Below, piece by piece: positions 24,620 through 38,153 of a stretch of 64,000 nucleotides of DNA (the first letter of the stretch is position 1; each line of letters begins with the position of its first letter). The translations under genes were made by a program, and so were the position numbers. The DNA is from Zootoca vivipara (Eukaryota): the NCBI RefSeq assembly GCF_963506605.1, contig NC_083276.1, positions 69,440,001 through 69,504,000 on the forward strand, in the 5' to 3' direction. The notes beneath the pieces are model-generated. The model was not told where the DNA came from, searched no databases, and saw only the letters and a program-made list of their open reading frames with translations.

Positions 24620-27383
24620 TTGGAGACTCTTGACACCCTGAGCTAGAAACCAGCATTCAACAGTACAGCATCTTTCTTTACTTCCTGAGTTAGCAGGACA
24701 CAAGTGCATCACAACAGCATCATTAGTTCTATGAAGTATCTATTTCAGTGTTTTTCCCCCTCCCATATTTCCATGACTTCCATTGTTCTGTCTAAATCTA
24801 TTTTTTCCTGCAGATAACAATAATTGCTCTGGTTGCTTACAACGGAGCCAGTAGAAATGATTTAAATTACAAAGATGCAACAAAGGAGATATGCTACATG
24901 GCTTTGTGGGCAGCTGGAAGTTATTTATCAAATTTTGCAACTTGTATTGCAAAAATTCCTGCCATTTTTTGTAAACAGGTGTGGGTGGTTTTTTTTTTTT
25001 TTTTGAAGAGGTGTGTCTTTCAGGATGACAATAATACTAAAAAGGAATGAACTCTACCTCATGTCAACATATATAGAAGACTTGGATGAGTGACCTGGGT
25101 GGGCCTGACCTATCTCAGCTGTGTGCACCTGGGTAGTCAGTACAGCACCAGGCTAGACTGGAGGATGAAGGAGGGTGTTGTCCATTGCAGTACTGTTTCA
25201 TGCACCAGAAATCCTTGGAGTGGGCTTAAAAAACTCTGTACCCGTATTGGGCCAGAGAGAGAGATTGAGGGTGCTGCTGGCCTATTGATCATCCTGTTGC
25301 CCAGCAGCATCCTTGACCAAGCTGGTCTCTGGCATGGTGGAGGACAATAGTTCTTCAATATCCATGAGAATGCTGCCATTGGGCTGGAACAGGACTTCAT
25401 GGGTGGTCCCAGTCCAGTAATGCAGTATGCAAAATTTAGCATGATTCTATGGTGGAATTGGGGAGTGTTCTGAGTGAGTTCAATACAGCTAGTGGAATTT
25501 GTGGTGGCAGATGCCACCGGAAGTAGTGCTGGCTTGCCACCAGTCTCATACCAGATGCTTCATCTACAAATGGAGTGGCAGCCATCACTGGTGTCATCGG
25601 TAGCAAAGGCCATTCCCACCATGATCTCCATTCTTCAACACATGAAACTGGAGTAAAGAGAGGAGGGGGCAGGGAAAAGTTGGGCGGCAGGCAACTTTAA
25701 CATTAGCACTGTAGCAGGTGTGTGAGACATCTCTGAATAACAAACACTGGAGAGAAATAATATTACATTGATCATTTCTCGTAAATATATATCCATTTAC
25801 ACAGACTGTCAGAATGCATGCATTCTGCAGGTTTAATTGATTAATTACATTAATTAACAAACTCATTTGATTAATTGGGTAAGCTTTTCTAAATCAAGTG
25901 ACAGCCCTAGAGACTACATGTTAACCGGATATTAGATTACCCAAAGAGCATTTCAACTAGTTTTATGCCAATCGTTCCACTAAACTTACTACAAAGACAC
26001 ATTTTATTCTCCACTGTAGTTTGCTGAGCACGTCCATCACAAATAGAAAAATTAAAGCATGTAAGTCTGGTAAACATGCATCAATGAATCTAAAAACACA
26101 GGGTTTTTTCCTAGTAGTTTCCCCAAATAATCTACAACTCAATAAATACCTTTTTCTTCCATTCTTAGAAATATCCAAATTTAATTCAGGAAAAAGGACA
26201 AAACCCCACAATATACCATGTAATAATATACCATATACTTCATCCTTCCTATTCAATTGTCATTTTGTTTCCATTCCAGACTATTTTGCAAATTCACTTG
26301 AATGAAAACAGAAGTAAATGAGTTTAATATCCACTGATAGCTCTTCTCGCTGCTATGTTCAGAAGATTTATAGGAGCTAGCTAATTAAGAAAATATAATC
26401 TAATAAAGTAAACAAGACTCAACATCTACAAATAGAACAAAATTGCCTAGAGTTTCTGTTGTCCCGGTTACTCAGATGGACAGCCTTTGTTTCAGACAAT
26501 TAAGCCAGACATTTAAAATTACTACATTGAGAAAGTTCAATTGTTCCCAGACTACTTTCTGAATATTGAGGAATACAATCCTCTTGGAGTGAAACTAAGT
26601 GTTTCTCATTAATTACTCTGGGGCAGGATTCACTACTGCAGCATGCCTATTTACATGGCCAAGCAAGGTTTGTTTGTTTTTAATAATATTAAGGGTGTGT
26701 GTCATTTGAAGGACATTCACAATTTAAACCACTGTACAATATTTTCTCAAATGAGCATGCATTACACCAGGAATAGATATTAGTGTTTAAATAAGCAGTA
26801 TGGAAAGTGCACTCACATATGCAAGAGTCATTCATTCACATACTACGGTATTTCCCCACCAGACTATGCCTAAAAGCAGCTTACACAATGTGAGTCATAA
26901 TACTGTAGATACAACTTGAAGTATGCTATAGCAAAAACAAGTATGGATATCAATAACAAGTGTCAAGAATGCACAGCAGCATTCAATATATCTCAACACA
27001 CTTAACACAACCATAAAAACAGGGTTAGACTAAACCAACCAGGAAATCATGGCTCTCCACCTTCTGGTTCAATTCCTTTTGCAAAGGGTGCACAACAGGT
27101 GGCAGGGCCTGCAATCTTGCCAGTTTTCAGTAAGTAAAGCTCAAGATCATTCAAATGACTCAAGGATGAAACCACCTCAAGGTTGCTTCTCAACCTCAGC
27201 TGTCAATCCTGAGAGGCAACTAAGTTATCCCTTATTCATAAAAAGCACTTGCTAGTAATTTCAAAAGCTAGATCTTTGCAGGTTAAACATACTTATCTTC
27301 GATGTTTATGATGCAAGTAACTTAGCCCTTATAGAACCAGGCTGAACAATTGCACACATGAAAAACATTATAACATTTTCTAT

Positions 27384-27570
27384 AGGGGAGGAGCCACCAC
27401 TCAGTGGTAGAACATCTCCTTTGCATGTCAAGGCCCTATGTTCTATCCTTGACATCTTTAGGTAGGGCTTGGGGTGGGGGGTGCTGTCTGAAACCCTGGA
27501 GAGTCACTCCCAAGCAGTGCTAGCTGAATTCATGAGTTCACGCCGTGTAAATCAGCTTCTTACATTCCTA
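27384..27570 (+). mobile_element. Old tRNA-derived SINE
   Basis: ctcagtggtagaacatc..ttgcatg head, ctgaaaccctggagag body; related decayed minus-strand copies near 48600-48760 and 56140-56300. Confidence 0.55.
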
Positions 27571-27599
27571 TGAAAATGTATGATTGCTAAATTCTCTTA

Positions 27600-27770
27600 T
27601 ATGAGTACAAAAAAATCTTGTGGTGCTTTAATGTCAAATAAATTCATTATACCACAGGCTTTTGTAGGCCACATTCCACTTTGCATGATTACAGCGTCAT
27701 AATAATTTGTTAGACTTTAAGATGCTTCAAGATTCTTTGCTGCTTTTGTTACCAAGGATGAATATGGCTG
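27600..27770. mobile_element. Old Penelope-like remnant
   Basis: tcttgtggtgctttaa ... ttaagatgcttcaaga degenerate inverted arms resembling the 63.2 kb element. Confidence 0.4.
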
Positions 27771-30700
27771 GAAATTGCTCTACTGTGGTCTCTATTCTTA
27801 GGGTGCTGAACAGATCAACAAAAATCCCTTTGCTCAGCTTCCTATTTTATTAATCTATTAATGCAATGGCCCTCATTCCATCTCATGTGTCATAATGCCC
27901 ACAGGCAAAATAAAGAACAATGATAGTCAAATAAACATCACAGGAAACTAAAGGGACTACATATACATCCTACATTTAAGCATATTTCTTCTTAGCTTGA
28001 TAGCTCATTAATGTGGAATGCTTTCAATTAGCATATGGGAGAAGGAAATGAAACATAAATTGCAGTAGCATGGACTGCTGATTTGCTGGACAGGGGGAAA
28101 GGCAATATGCAGTAGAACAAATAAAAATGTTCTATATATGTTTGGAAAGCTTGCAGTTTAAACTATGCACCAAAGGACCCCCCCCTCATGTGCAATGTTG
28201 GAGCTACAACCCATTTTAAAAGAGCAGAAAGGAAAATGGGTCTTTAGTTGCAATAGTAATAGAGAGGTGTTTTCTGTAAAACAAAACCTTGCTTTGCAAT
28301 CCATCCTGATTTGTTCTGTGCCAAAGACCCACCAAAAAGTAATTCTGCAGAGCTGCTCTGTAAACATGAAGTTATACACAAGCAGATCAAAAGAAGTATC
28401 TAAAGTCAGTGGGCATGGGGTCACAATGAATAGCACCACCTGTCAGCTAAGGAGGAAAAAGCAGAAAGTTTAGCAGTGACCTCATGGCATTCCCCAGCTA
28501 CTCAGTCCCTATCCCAACCAGGAGCCTTCTGGGGTTGACAGATTTGATGTGTCAAGTACCTGGGAGTCATGGACGATCCCAGGGATCCTGGCATTGAGCA
28601 TCGCATGTGACCAGAAGAGGTCTCTTCTGGAGCCACATAAAAGTACAATCTGGAGCCCACAGAGCCAAGGAAAAGCCTTCATCTATGATCCAGGAAAGTT
28701 CTACCTTAAACAGGGTAAACGTCTGGTACTGTTGGGCCATGGGCATTTAGAAAGGTATCCTGGCATCTGCTGCTGTAAAATAAGCAGAAACTGAGAAATG
28801 AAAGCTAGGTGTTAAATGGCACCTTAAATCTAGGTTATGGGTGAAACAATGGAATGTCTAGGCGCACTTTTTTATAACAAGAATACAAAGCTGAAAATGA
28901 ATGAACTACAGCTAAAATATTATGTTCATTTTTCACATAGTCTAACTCTAGTCCATCCCCTGCCCGCCCACCCCCCTAATATCCTTAAGAGGGTCTCTTC
29001 TCCAGTCTTCAGAGAGTAGCTGGAAGTGGGGAGGCAGAAAAAGGTCTTCCTTTCCTTCCACTCTGCAGTTTCAATCTGAAAACTTAGGTGCGTTACTGCA
29101 CCCAGCGCTCAGAAACTGCTGACGCTAATGAAATTCCCTGTCGCAAAATGCACTTGGAACGATGGGAGTTTTGAACACTGGAAATAAGGTGGGCTCCCCA
29201 GCCAACATCCTATTGGAAGTCCTCTGTAACCAGTTAATGCAGCCTCATTGGCACATTCTGCAGCACAAGGAAGTCTCAGTTGGAGGGCTCAGGCCCCTGC
29301 AGGTGAGAGCACATCACGTGCAGCATTATATGTAATGTACATAGCAAAGATACAGAAGAACCTCTTCACCAGGTAAACTTCTGAAGAAAGATACCTAACA
29401 AACAGGCTTGTTAGGTATCATTCAGTAGGAATGATACTTCAGCTCATGAAGCCACTGAAGACAGTACATTTATGGAAATGATAATTTAGTGTCATTTTTG
29501 CTAGCGATGGAAGAGAAGAGAACCCCACAGATTATGTATAATACCACCAGATATAATTACGCTGTTCCTGGCACTGTAGGAAGCTGACTAAATGCTATGT
29601 TTATTTTCCCAAATTGTACTGTTTGTGTAGCCAAAAATAAGATTTCCTGCTATTTGTAATTGAAATCTGTGGCCTAATTGTTTGGCTGTTTTGCAAATCA
29701 TTACACATGGCTGCACATTCCAAGACTTCTTCATGAATAAGGCAAATGCTCCTGCCATGACACACATGGTGTAATGGCATGGCATAATCATAAAGTCTGT
29801 GTCAGTTGAGGTTATTCATTCTGCAGAAGGGGTGTTCTGGGCTTATGAATGCGCCAGAAATTATAATTCAGACATCAAGAACAGAACAAGACACTGTAAT
29901 CAGCCTTATTCCCTTTTTTTTGCTTTCCATGTTGTGGCTGCTTTGTTACCCTCTCACTTCCCAGGACAGTCAACTTGTACAAAGGTGAGAGGATGTAACA
30001 GCAAATAGTCACAGTTGTTATTGTGATTTTCTAAGTTTTACTGTTTTGGGACAAAATGAAATCATACAAGGCACTGAGTTGTCCACTGTGCTATGCAACA
30101 GTGTCCCCAAGCACAAAGGAGAGTAACTATGGCTAGGCAAGATGGGCACCAGCTGCAGCCCAGAAACCCACCTGTTTCATTGTTAAAATAGCATTAAAGC
30201 TATGCAACGTCATATTTTCCCTTTGGAATGACAAGAGGTGAAAAGCCTGATCTCCATCCACTGGGAAACTTAGTGAGGGCAACAGGCCAGACAGATTAGC
30301 AGCTTTTCACAGGCTCCTAAACTGACAGTCTAAAACAGTAAAGCACATTCAGAGACTGACGGCTGCTGATGGTTGAACAGCCTCTTCCACCAGGGCTGTT
30401 TTCTTTTTGCACTCTAATTTGAAGTTCTGACACAGTATCACTGCAGAGAGGAATAAGTATTTTTGATCAGTGCGAATTTGGGGGTTTCAGCTGCAGTATC
30501 CTTAAAGAAACACAAACCGCTCTGGATATGTCCCCTATCCTACAAAACAGTGCTCACGAGGGTCAAGCCGGAGGCAATTCCTATTTTATGCACTGACCTG
30601 TGGGAGCAGGGGAATTCAATTAAGTTTGACCTGAAAGGTGAATGTACCTAATTCTCCAGCCAAGTAATGTGTACAAGAATGAATATACCAGTGGAAAGTC

Positions 30701-31355
30701 TCTGCTGTATTATTAGTGAGAATATACAAAAAAATGCAGTGTTTGGGGAACTAGGGAATGTGCCCCTTCTTGCTCCACTTTCCAACTCTTCCGCCTCTCC
30801 CCCCCTTAGACCTCACCAAAGCTCCCTTACTCATATGACACAGCTCACACTGATTTCCAGTTCATGTGGAAATAATTCTTATGAGAACTATTTATCCAGG
30901 AAAGGGGATCTGTGGCACTCTAGATGTGGTTCTACCCATGACTCTCATCATCTCCAGCCAGCATCTCTGATGGTCAGAGATGGTGGTAACTGCAGTTCAG
31001 CAAAATCTGGAGGGCAACAGGTTCCCCATGTGCTCCCCACATCATTATAACTATCTTCAGTAAAGTATGCCAACAAAAATATTTGATTTCCAATAACTTT
31101 CATAGACTCACATAATGGAAGATTTGCCTGTTCAAAACAGTGGAACTTAATTCCAAGTCAACATTAATAGATAGGATTGCACTCAGTGGAATAAATTACC
31201 AGCACCGATGTTTTCAATTGATTTGTCTATCAATCAATAGGTGGCTTCCCTATTTGTAATCTGAAGCTATAAACAGCATACAAGGAAAGTTAGGTTGTCT
31301 GTAGGAAACACTGTGTGTGTCAAACATAAACAGCATTCCAAACAATAACAGCAAT

Positions 31356-31627
31356 GCGACGGGGTGAGCTCCCGTTGCTCGGTCCCAGCTCCTGCCAACC
31401 TAGCAGTTCGAAAGCACGTCAAAATGCAAGTAGATAAATAGGAACCGCTACAGCGGGAAGGTAAACGGCGTTTCCATGTGCTGCTCTGGTTTGCCAGAAG
31501 CAGCTTTGTCATGCTGGCCACATGACCTGGAAGCTATACGCCAGCTCCCTCGGCCAATAATGCGAGATGAGCGCCGCAACCCCAGAGTCGGTCACGACTG
31601 GACCTAATGGTCAGGGGTCCCTTTACC
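31356..31627 (+). mobile_element. Sauria SINE, 5'-truncated, followed by (TA)n
   Basis: Body and tail match the other copies; (AT)10 at 31628-31647. Confidence 0.92.
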
Positions 31628-31778
31628 ATATATATATATATATATATCCAGAAGGCAGCAAGATATCCATGTAATATAATCCCAGATTAAAAATACAAAT
31701 CTGTTAGATATTAGCTAAGTATGCAATTGCAAAAGAGATGTCCCACATCTTTTCAGAAGCAAGCTAACCTTCTACATA

Positions 31779-32017
31779 CAGTGTTTCTCCAAATATAAGA
31801 CACCGTCTTATATTTATCTTTCCTCAAAAAAAAAACCACAATGGCTTATTTTGAGGGGATGTCTTATTTTTTTATTAAGTATGATACAGTTTAACCTACA
31901 CGGTTAAACTGCCTATCACTATGGCTTATTTTCGGGGTATGGCTTATATTCCTTGAATGCTTAAAAATCCTGCTATGGCTTATTTTATGGCTATGTCTTA
32001 TTTTCAGAGAAATAGGG
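31779..32017. mobile_element. Tc1/mariner-superfamily MITE
   Basis: Imperfect TIRs cagtgtttctccaaatataagac / gtcttattttcagagaaataggg, TA on both sides, internal atggcttatttt repeats. Confidence 0.75.
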
Positions 32018-32102
32018 TACATGTAGATGAAGACCATCTCTGCTTGCTCACACATCTTCCTTTGAGCACACGGCACTGACCACATCTTCTGATGTTCTAA
32101 AA

Positions 32103-32407
32103 CAGGGGTCAATAACCTTTTTCAGCCATGGGATGGTCCACCTTCCCCCAGACCATGTTTTGAAAAAAATATATGAATGAATTCCTATGCCCCACAAATA
32201 ACCAAGAGATACATTTTAAATAAAAGCACACATTCTACTCATGTAAAAACACCAGGCAGGCCCCACAAATAACCCAGAGATCCATTTTAAATAAAAGGGC
32301 ACATTCTACTCATATAAAAACATGCTGATTCCCCGACCGTCCATGGGCCGGATTGAGAAGGCAATTGGGCTGCATCTGGCTCATGGGCCTTAGGTTGCCT
32401 ACCTCTG
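32103..32407. mobile_element. hAT MITE with internal direct repeat
   Basis: CAGGGGTC..ACCTCTG termini; TSD TTCTAAAA at 32095-32102 and 32408-32415; the gccccacaaataacc..tactcat unit occurs twice. Confidence 0.88.
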
Positions 32408-32464
32408 TTCTAAAAGCTTGCAGCTGATGTGCTGTTTTGGACAGCCCTACATGAGATGGTAGGG

Positions 32465-32578
32465 TAAGGTTACCAGATGTCCCCAGATTTACAAATCAGT
32501 CCCCTGACAAAATCCTATCATTCCGACTGATTTCAACGAAGTGTCCCTGGATTCATTGGAAAAAATCTGGTAACCTTA
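32465..32578. mobile_element. hAT (Blackjack-like) MITE
   Basis: Perfect 14-bp TIR TAAGGTTACCAGAT; TSD TGGTAGGG at 32457-32464 and 32579-32586. Confidence 0.88.
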
Positions 32579-33223
32579 TGGTAGGGCATATGGCTATAGA
32601 CAACTGGATCAGTCACTGTTTGAGGCTAATTGGCATTAGATAATTCAGTGGAGGGATGGAGTATGATGCAGGAAATAAAATTTAAAAGATAGGAGAAACA
32701 GGGTGGAAGACTAGGTGTTTGTTTTAGGGTTTTTTAAAAACAACAACCCAAGATTCAATAAGACGCAATAACATTTCTTGTGATAACATTCAGTTTACTG
32801 ATGTGTCAAAAAACATGGAAACTCTAAGTTACAACAACTGATCTTTGCTTCTGAACCATGTAGCAATAAACATGTTCCACACTGTCACATATTGTGCTTG
32901 CTTACATGTGAGCACAATACACCCACATGCACCCACATTTCACCTTGGACTTTCAGCTCCAATCCTCTTTCTCTGCAGGTTGGGGGAACACTCTGGTTTA
33001 CTTGCAGGCTTTAATCTGGGTAAGAGGGTATATGTTTGCAGTAATATGGAGGGAGGCTGTGACAAGATGTAAAGGTGGAGAATGCAGAGGGGACAGGAGA
33101 CATGGGGCAGCCAGGCATTGGGGAAAGTGTCTGTCTCCAATTTCACCTTCCATACTAAGTCAATCTTTTAATTAATAAAATTTTTGTATAGCCTTTCCAA
33201 GTGCTCATGTAAATCATATGCAA

Positions 33224-33260
<37 letters not shown>

Positions 33261-33275
33261 GCATTATTTATTATT
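33224..33275. repeat. (ATT)n microsatellite
   Basis: ATT run with one interruption. Confidence 0.95.
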
Positions 33276-33429
33276 AACTATAACCCATCCTTTGCCCTAA
33301 GGCCCCAGAATTGGTAAAAACATTGAAACACAGTACTAGAAACAGTTTTTAAACAACCTAGAGTGCAGTGGTCAGCTCATCTCTGTCCAAAAGGGCCATA
33401 GCTGGTGAACCAGCAATAGCTAAAAAAAA

Positions 33430-33645
33430 AAAGGCATTCCTAGCCCCTAAAGCCACCCAACCCTCCAGTGACAGTGTTGAATCCAGGAGTACCCCCTAAA
33501 TTGAGAATCTGCTCCTTCCAGGGGACTACAACCCCATTCAGGGCAGTTCGCCTTCCCACCTCCCAGATGTGAGAACTTGGGACAACTAAAACCTGTCTTT
33601 TCAGGATTCAACTTCATTTTTTTTTTGGCCCACATCCAGCCCATC
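33430..33645 (-). mobile_element. L2 LINE ORF2 fragment
   Basis: ORF 33447..33644(-) begins MGWM..KKMKLNPEKT (L2 WM..NKLKLNP.KT motif); an (ATT)n tail region lies to its left. Confidence 0.7.
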
Positions 33646-34153
33646 TTACACCTCTACTGCCTATTCTGATTCACATGGAACAGAGAGATCGAGCTGCATG
33701 TCACCAGCAGAGATTGACACACTTCACTCCAAATTTCCTGTTGACACCTGCCAAAAGCTTCATATACATGTTGTATCTAGTCGATATCATTACACAACCC
33801 TATAAGGCAATAATATATTATTATCTCCCATTATCCCATATTCCAGATAGGGGAGGGAAATGCTGGAGCTTAGAGGGAGTGCCTTGTCTAAAGTCACAAA
33901 AATGAGTGGATGGCAGAGGCGAGATCTGAACCAGAGACTTTGAATTCAGTCTAAAAGTTGCATACGTATATTGTTAATCTCAGTATGCATATTTTTAATC
34001 TCGGTTTCATAATTACGACCATGATTCTGATTCTAACACTAATAAGGATCTGGGTTGATTTGATTCCCCGCCCCCCCCCCAATAAGGTCAGAATGGATGG
34101 AGGCTAGACAGAGATACATTTTGAGCAATATTTTACTCAGGAAAAGTGCAGCC

Positions 34154-34157
<4 letters not shown>

Positions 34158-34200
<43 letters not shown>
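34158..34200. repeat. (CA)n microsatellite
   Basis: Pure CA run. Confidence 0.98.
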
Positions 34201-34203
<3 letters not shown>

Positions 34204-36059
34204 TGTTCTGCATTACTTCAGATAGCATTGCCACAACAAACCAACAGGTAACAAACTACTGTAAGTCCCTTTCTGAGCTATGTTGGTCCTTTTTTTTATC
34301 AAATATGTCCTGCTTAAGCAAGTAAAGCTATTCTAAAGCACTGAAGATAAGATCCATTTATTTTCCTCCCCTACGTTATAATATGGTTTGGGTATTGCAT
34401 ATGTAGGTTACTTTACACACCGCCATCTGCTGTTATGAAGTGTGCTAAATGTTGCTAATCAGATTATATAGGCCTTGCTGAAAATTTAGAGAGGCAATCA
34501 CGTTATTTTCCCCATGTTGAGCGCACACAGAGGATGACACTTCTGACGTTTCTGTTCTTAGCCGCCACCAGCAACGACTTTTATATAAGCCTAATTTTCA
34601 ACAGTGCAAACCATTTCCCATATGTGAACAAATAATCAAATGCACCAGATCTACAGAGACATGACGATACCACAGAGGGAATTATGTCTTCAGCGCTCTT
34701 GTAGCAGGAGTTCTGCACAGTCAGCACTGCAACTGTGCTGCTTCATTCAAGGCATGTTTGATGTGCTGTCAAAACAAAGACTCCAGAGAATGCCAACCTC
34801 TACAATGAGCTTGTGCTAGTGTCTTAAGCTTCTGAAGACCTCAGATTATGAGTATCAATATACATCACACAAGCAGTAAAAAGCAATCAACATACACTTT
34901 GAAGAGCTGTTAAATGTTAAATGGAGTAATTCCTGCTGTGCAAGCAGGAATTTTAACGTAGTATTAAGGCTCGGCTGCAGAATACTTATTTTGGGGACTG
35001 AATTGTCTTAGAGAAACCATCCATTCACCACAGCCCATATATATTGAGGGAGTGTTATCCAGGTGGGTTACCTGCCCACCCACAACACTAATGGATCAGT
35101 GCAGGGTTTTAACAGAGGAAGTATTTCAGAAGACAGAGCTTCCAGGGACACATCCTGAATTTTCAGTACTTACTGTGGCGCATATGTTGGTTTAGAGTTA
35201 AAGAACCTCGTTTAGGCACACCTGCAAAGCCTGGGCATGGAAACGGATTTTCTTTGAGCAGCAGACATCAATGGCGAATCTTGGACCACTTTTGAAATTA
35301 CCCAGTTTCAAATGCCACTTCTTCAGGTAAGGCACAGGGAGGGAAGAGGATGCCTGCTCTTCATGAACCTCAACTACCCTACTCCATCTCTGACTGTGCA
35401 TTTTTTTCATCACAGCCATCTAAAGGCATCAACTGTTTTTAAGTACATGTGTATATATTTTTCAGGATTTATATCAAAACCTATAAACAGTTTGCATCCG
35501 CTATAATTCAGCCTTTAATCCACTAGAATGGAAAAAGGGATTCACGTTTCATGTGTGAAGGGAGTTCAGGACTGAGAGTATAATAACATAAAATAAGCAC
35601 TCAGACTTTGCGTTAGTTTAAAGTCACTGCAGGCTACTATGCTGTAAGGTATGTGCATTTTAAAAGGGAGAAACATTGACAGAGATCAAAGAGAGGCAAA
35701 TAATAAGAGCGCTCATTTAAGGCTCCATTTCTTTGATGTGCACAGGGCAGAGAAGACAAAAGGATTACTTTTCACGGGGAAATGAAGATGAAGCACTGTC
35801 TCCCTTGCACAATATTACAAAGCCCCCTGCAAAACCTTGGCATCAGTCGATAGGTTGCCTGAGTGATGGCATAGCTGTTATTCCCACCACAACTGCTTAT
35901 CTTTCGGCAAATCTTTAGGACAGAGAGAAAGCAATTTGAGTTCTTTGTTCTCTGCCTGATCTGCACACAGACAAAAATGCTTTCCAAGAGTCAGTGGTGC
36001 TGTTGCATTCTTAGACATTCTGTAACAACTTTTCAACTACAGTACCAGTTAACAGGAAT

Positions 36060-36196
36060 GTTTGTTTACATCCTGCCTTTCTCCCAGGGAGCTCAAAGTG
36101 GCATGCAGAGAGAGTTTCCTATCCAAGCACTGACTAGACCCAAACCTCATTCACTTCAGCAAGGCTGTTCCATCCTGCGCCTTCAGCCCATGCCCT
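36060..36196 (-). mobile_element. Possible 5S-rRNA-derived SINE remnant
   Basis: tcctatccaagcactgactagaccc..cttc resembles the reverse complement of the 5S internal control region; L2-like tail to its left. Confidence 0.4.
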
Positions 36197-37145
36197 GTGT
36201 TAGATCAACATGCATTTCCTTTTTTACAAAAAGCAACAACAAATAGTATGTTACAATATTTGCTTTTGTGACCCCCTGCTTATTTTTACTACATGCTGTG
36301 AACCAATTTGTCTGTCATGCATTTAAAGCTCATCCTCTCCCTGTGGGAGAGAAACACTAAAATGGCTGTAAGGTTTCCCATAAAATTGTGCAGTACTTGA
36401 GGGGAAATACTTTCTCTAAGTTGCTGCGCAAACAGAAATGTTTTATTAAAATGAAATATACAAAGCATGTTCTGAAAAGTTATGATTCAGCCCTCAATTA
36501 AACATGCACATCATCAATGTGTTTTTTTAATTAAAAAAACTAAACGAAACACACAAGACCTAGTATAGCAAAGAAAAATTGAAAAATGCACACAAGTTAT
36601 CCCCAGGACAATTTTAATTTTCAGTATGTTTTCCTGCCATCGGTGCAAAAAAATGTGTTTTCATATTACAAGCCTATTCATACAAAGCTTACTACGTTGA
36701 AGTAAACTTCACTGTGTTCTGTAGGACTTTCAAGTTTGTGTGTACTGGATTGCAGGCTTTGTTACTTTGTAATCTGCTCTTCAAACTCTGATGAGTTCTC
36801 ATAGCAAAAAACAATTTCAATAACAAATAAATGTCAACGCCATTTAAAAAAAACCCAGGGAGAAAAATACATAATAAATTAGCAGCATTATCTGAACAGC
36901 AGGGAGTGTAGTCTAAACCACATTTGGAAAGGAAAAGCTGTTTAGGAAGGAAAGCTGTGCCATGCAGCCCTATAGATATGATTGCACAAAGGTAAGCAAA
37001 ATTAAGTTCAGTGGGACTTACGCATAGGTAAGTGGGTAGTGATTTGCAGCCTTACATGAAAAATTTCATGGCAGCAGAGAACTGGCTATTGATTGTGGAA
37101 GACAATCAAGCCTCTGAAGAAGGTGATGCCTGCAGCAAAGATTTA

Positions 37146-37262
37146 TCAGTTGGCAGAGCATGAGACTCAATCTCAGGGTCGTGGGTTCAAACCGTATGTT
37201 AGGTGAAATATTCCTGCACTGCAGGTGCTTAGAGTAGATCATCTACAATTCCATGATTCTAT
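37146..37262 (+). mobile_element. tRNA-Lys-headed SINE with CR1-like tail
   Basis: tcagttggcagagcatgagactc--aatctcagggtcgtgggttc matches tRNA-Lys(CTT) with a deleted anticodon loop; ends ..ccatgattctatt. Confidence 0.7.
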
Positions 37263-37908
37263 TATTATCAGGCCTCAGTGTGAGCATGAGAGGAGAATCC
37301 TTGACCCAGGCTGTACGGAACTATATAAGATCCAGAAGTTAGACATTAGCCTTAAAATAAACTGGCAACCAGCGGAACTTCTGCGGCATTGGTGGTACAT
37401 GCTCCTGTCAGCCATTACCAATCACCAACCTGACCATTGTATTCCAGACCAAATGAAGTTTCTATACTGCCTTGATGGGCAGCCCCACAAATAGTGCATT
37501 TCAACAGTCCAATTGAAAACTTATCAGAATATGCAGAACAGTACATAAGAACTATGGCCACATGACCCATCTGGCAAGTATGTGTTTTAAAAATGAACAT
37601 CAACAGCCCAAGGAGTTATCTAATTACAAATTTTCTTTCAACACAAAAGAGACAAAATACCATTTTATTTATGAGCCACAAAGTCATTAAAAATATTACA
37701 GAGGTTTACAAATGCTGTATGTCCCTCCTACAACCAAAGTGTTCAGACAATCCCACTTCACAGGAAATCAAATGCAGTGGTGCAATAAAGCAAATATAAA
37801 CTTATTCTAAACTAAGCTACCAACATAATCCTGTGTCCATCAAAACTGTACTCTCAACTTTTATCACTTCAAACTTCTACTGGATTCCCAGCCCAAAGGA
37901 AGACCTAC

Positions 37909-38033
37909 AAGCCCTTGCCACTCTGCTCCTTGTCTATACAGAAGCTCCCCTGCAGCCCTGTTACTTTCCCTGCTTCATTAGCAGGCAAGAGGAACAGGGG
38001 ATCTAGCCCAGAGTGGCAGGCAATGCCCCCCAT
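37909..38033 (-). CDS. Candidate alternative first coding exon of TUB (MGGIACHSGLDPLFLLPANEAGKVTGLQGSFCIDKEQSGKG)
   Basis: ACTATGG Kozak context, 41 open codons + 2 nt, donor TT|gtaggt in phase 2 (in frame with exon 2), adjacent to the X-box cluster. No homology support. Confidence 0.3.
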
Positions 38034-38069
38034 AGTTTGACGCACAAACTTCCCCAGAAAGAGGCTTTG

Positions 38070-38153
38070 GTAGCTTATGGCAACCAAGGAGCCAATGACA
38101 GGCAACAGCAGCTGGTGCTGCCATGGAGATCCCTGCTCTTCTCCATGGCAGCA
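38070..38153. promoter_or_regulatory. Candidate RFX X-box + CCAAT cluster in TUB intron 1
   Basis: GTAGCTTATGGCAAC (38070-38084), AGCCAATGA (38090-38098), and two inverted X-box-like TGCTGCCATGGAGA copies (38116-38129, 38140-38153). Confidence 0.5.

Noticed and set aside
24426-24712. ORFs spanning X runs
   Set aside because: Artefacts of the N gap.
25040-25660. GC-balanced block with several ORFs, possible decayed viral or TE coding sequence
   Set aside because: No recognisable protein motif in any frame; it would need a tBLASTx or HMM search.
34421-34435. CTCF-like motif ccgccatctgctgtt (others at ~8423 and ~13878)
   Set aside because: Single short imperfect motif hits cannot be supported without ChIP or conservation data.
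37146-37205. tRNA-Lys gene
   Set aside because: The anticodon loop is deleted, the acceptor stem is decayed, and it continues into a LINE-like tail: a SINE head.
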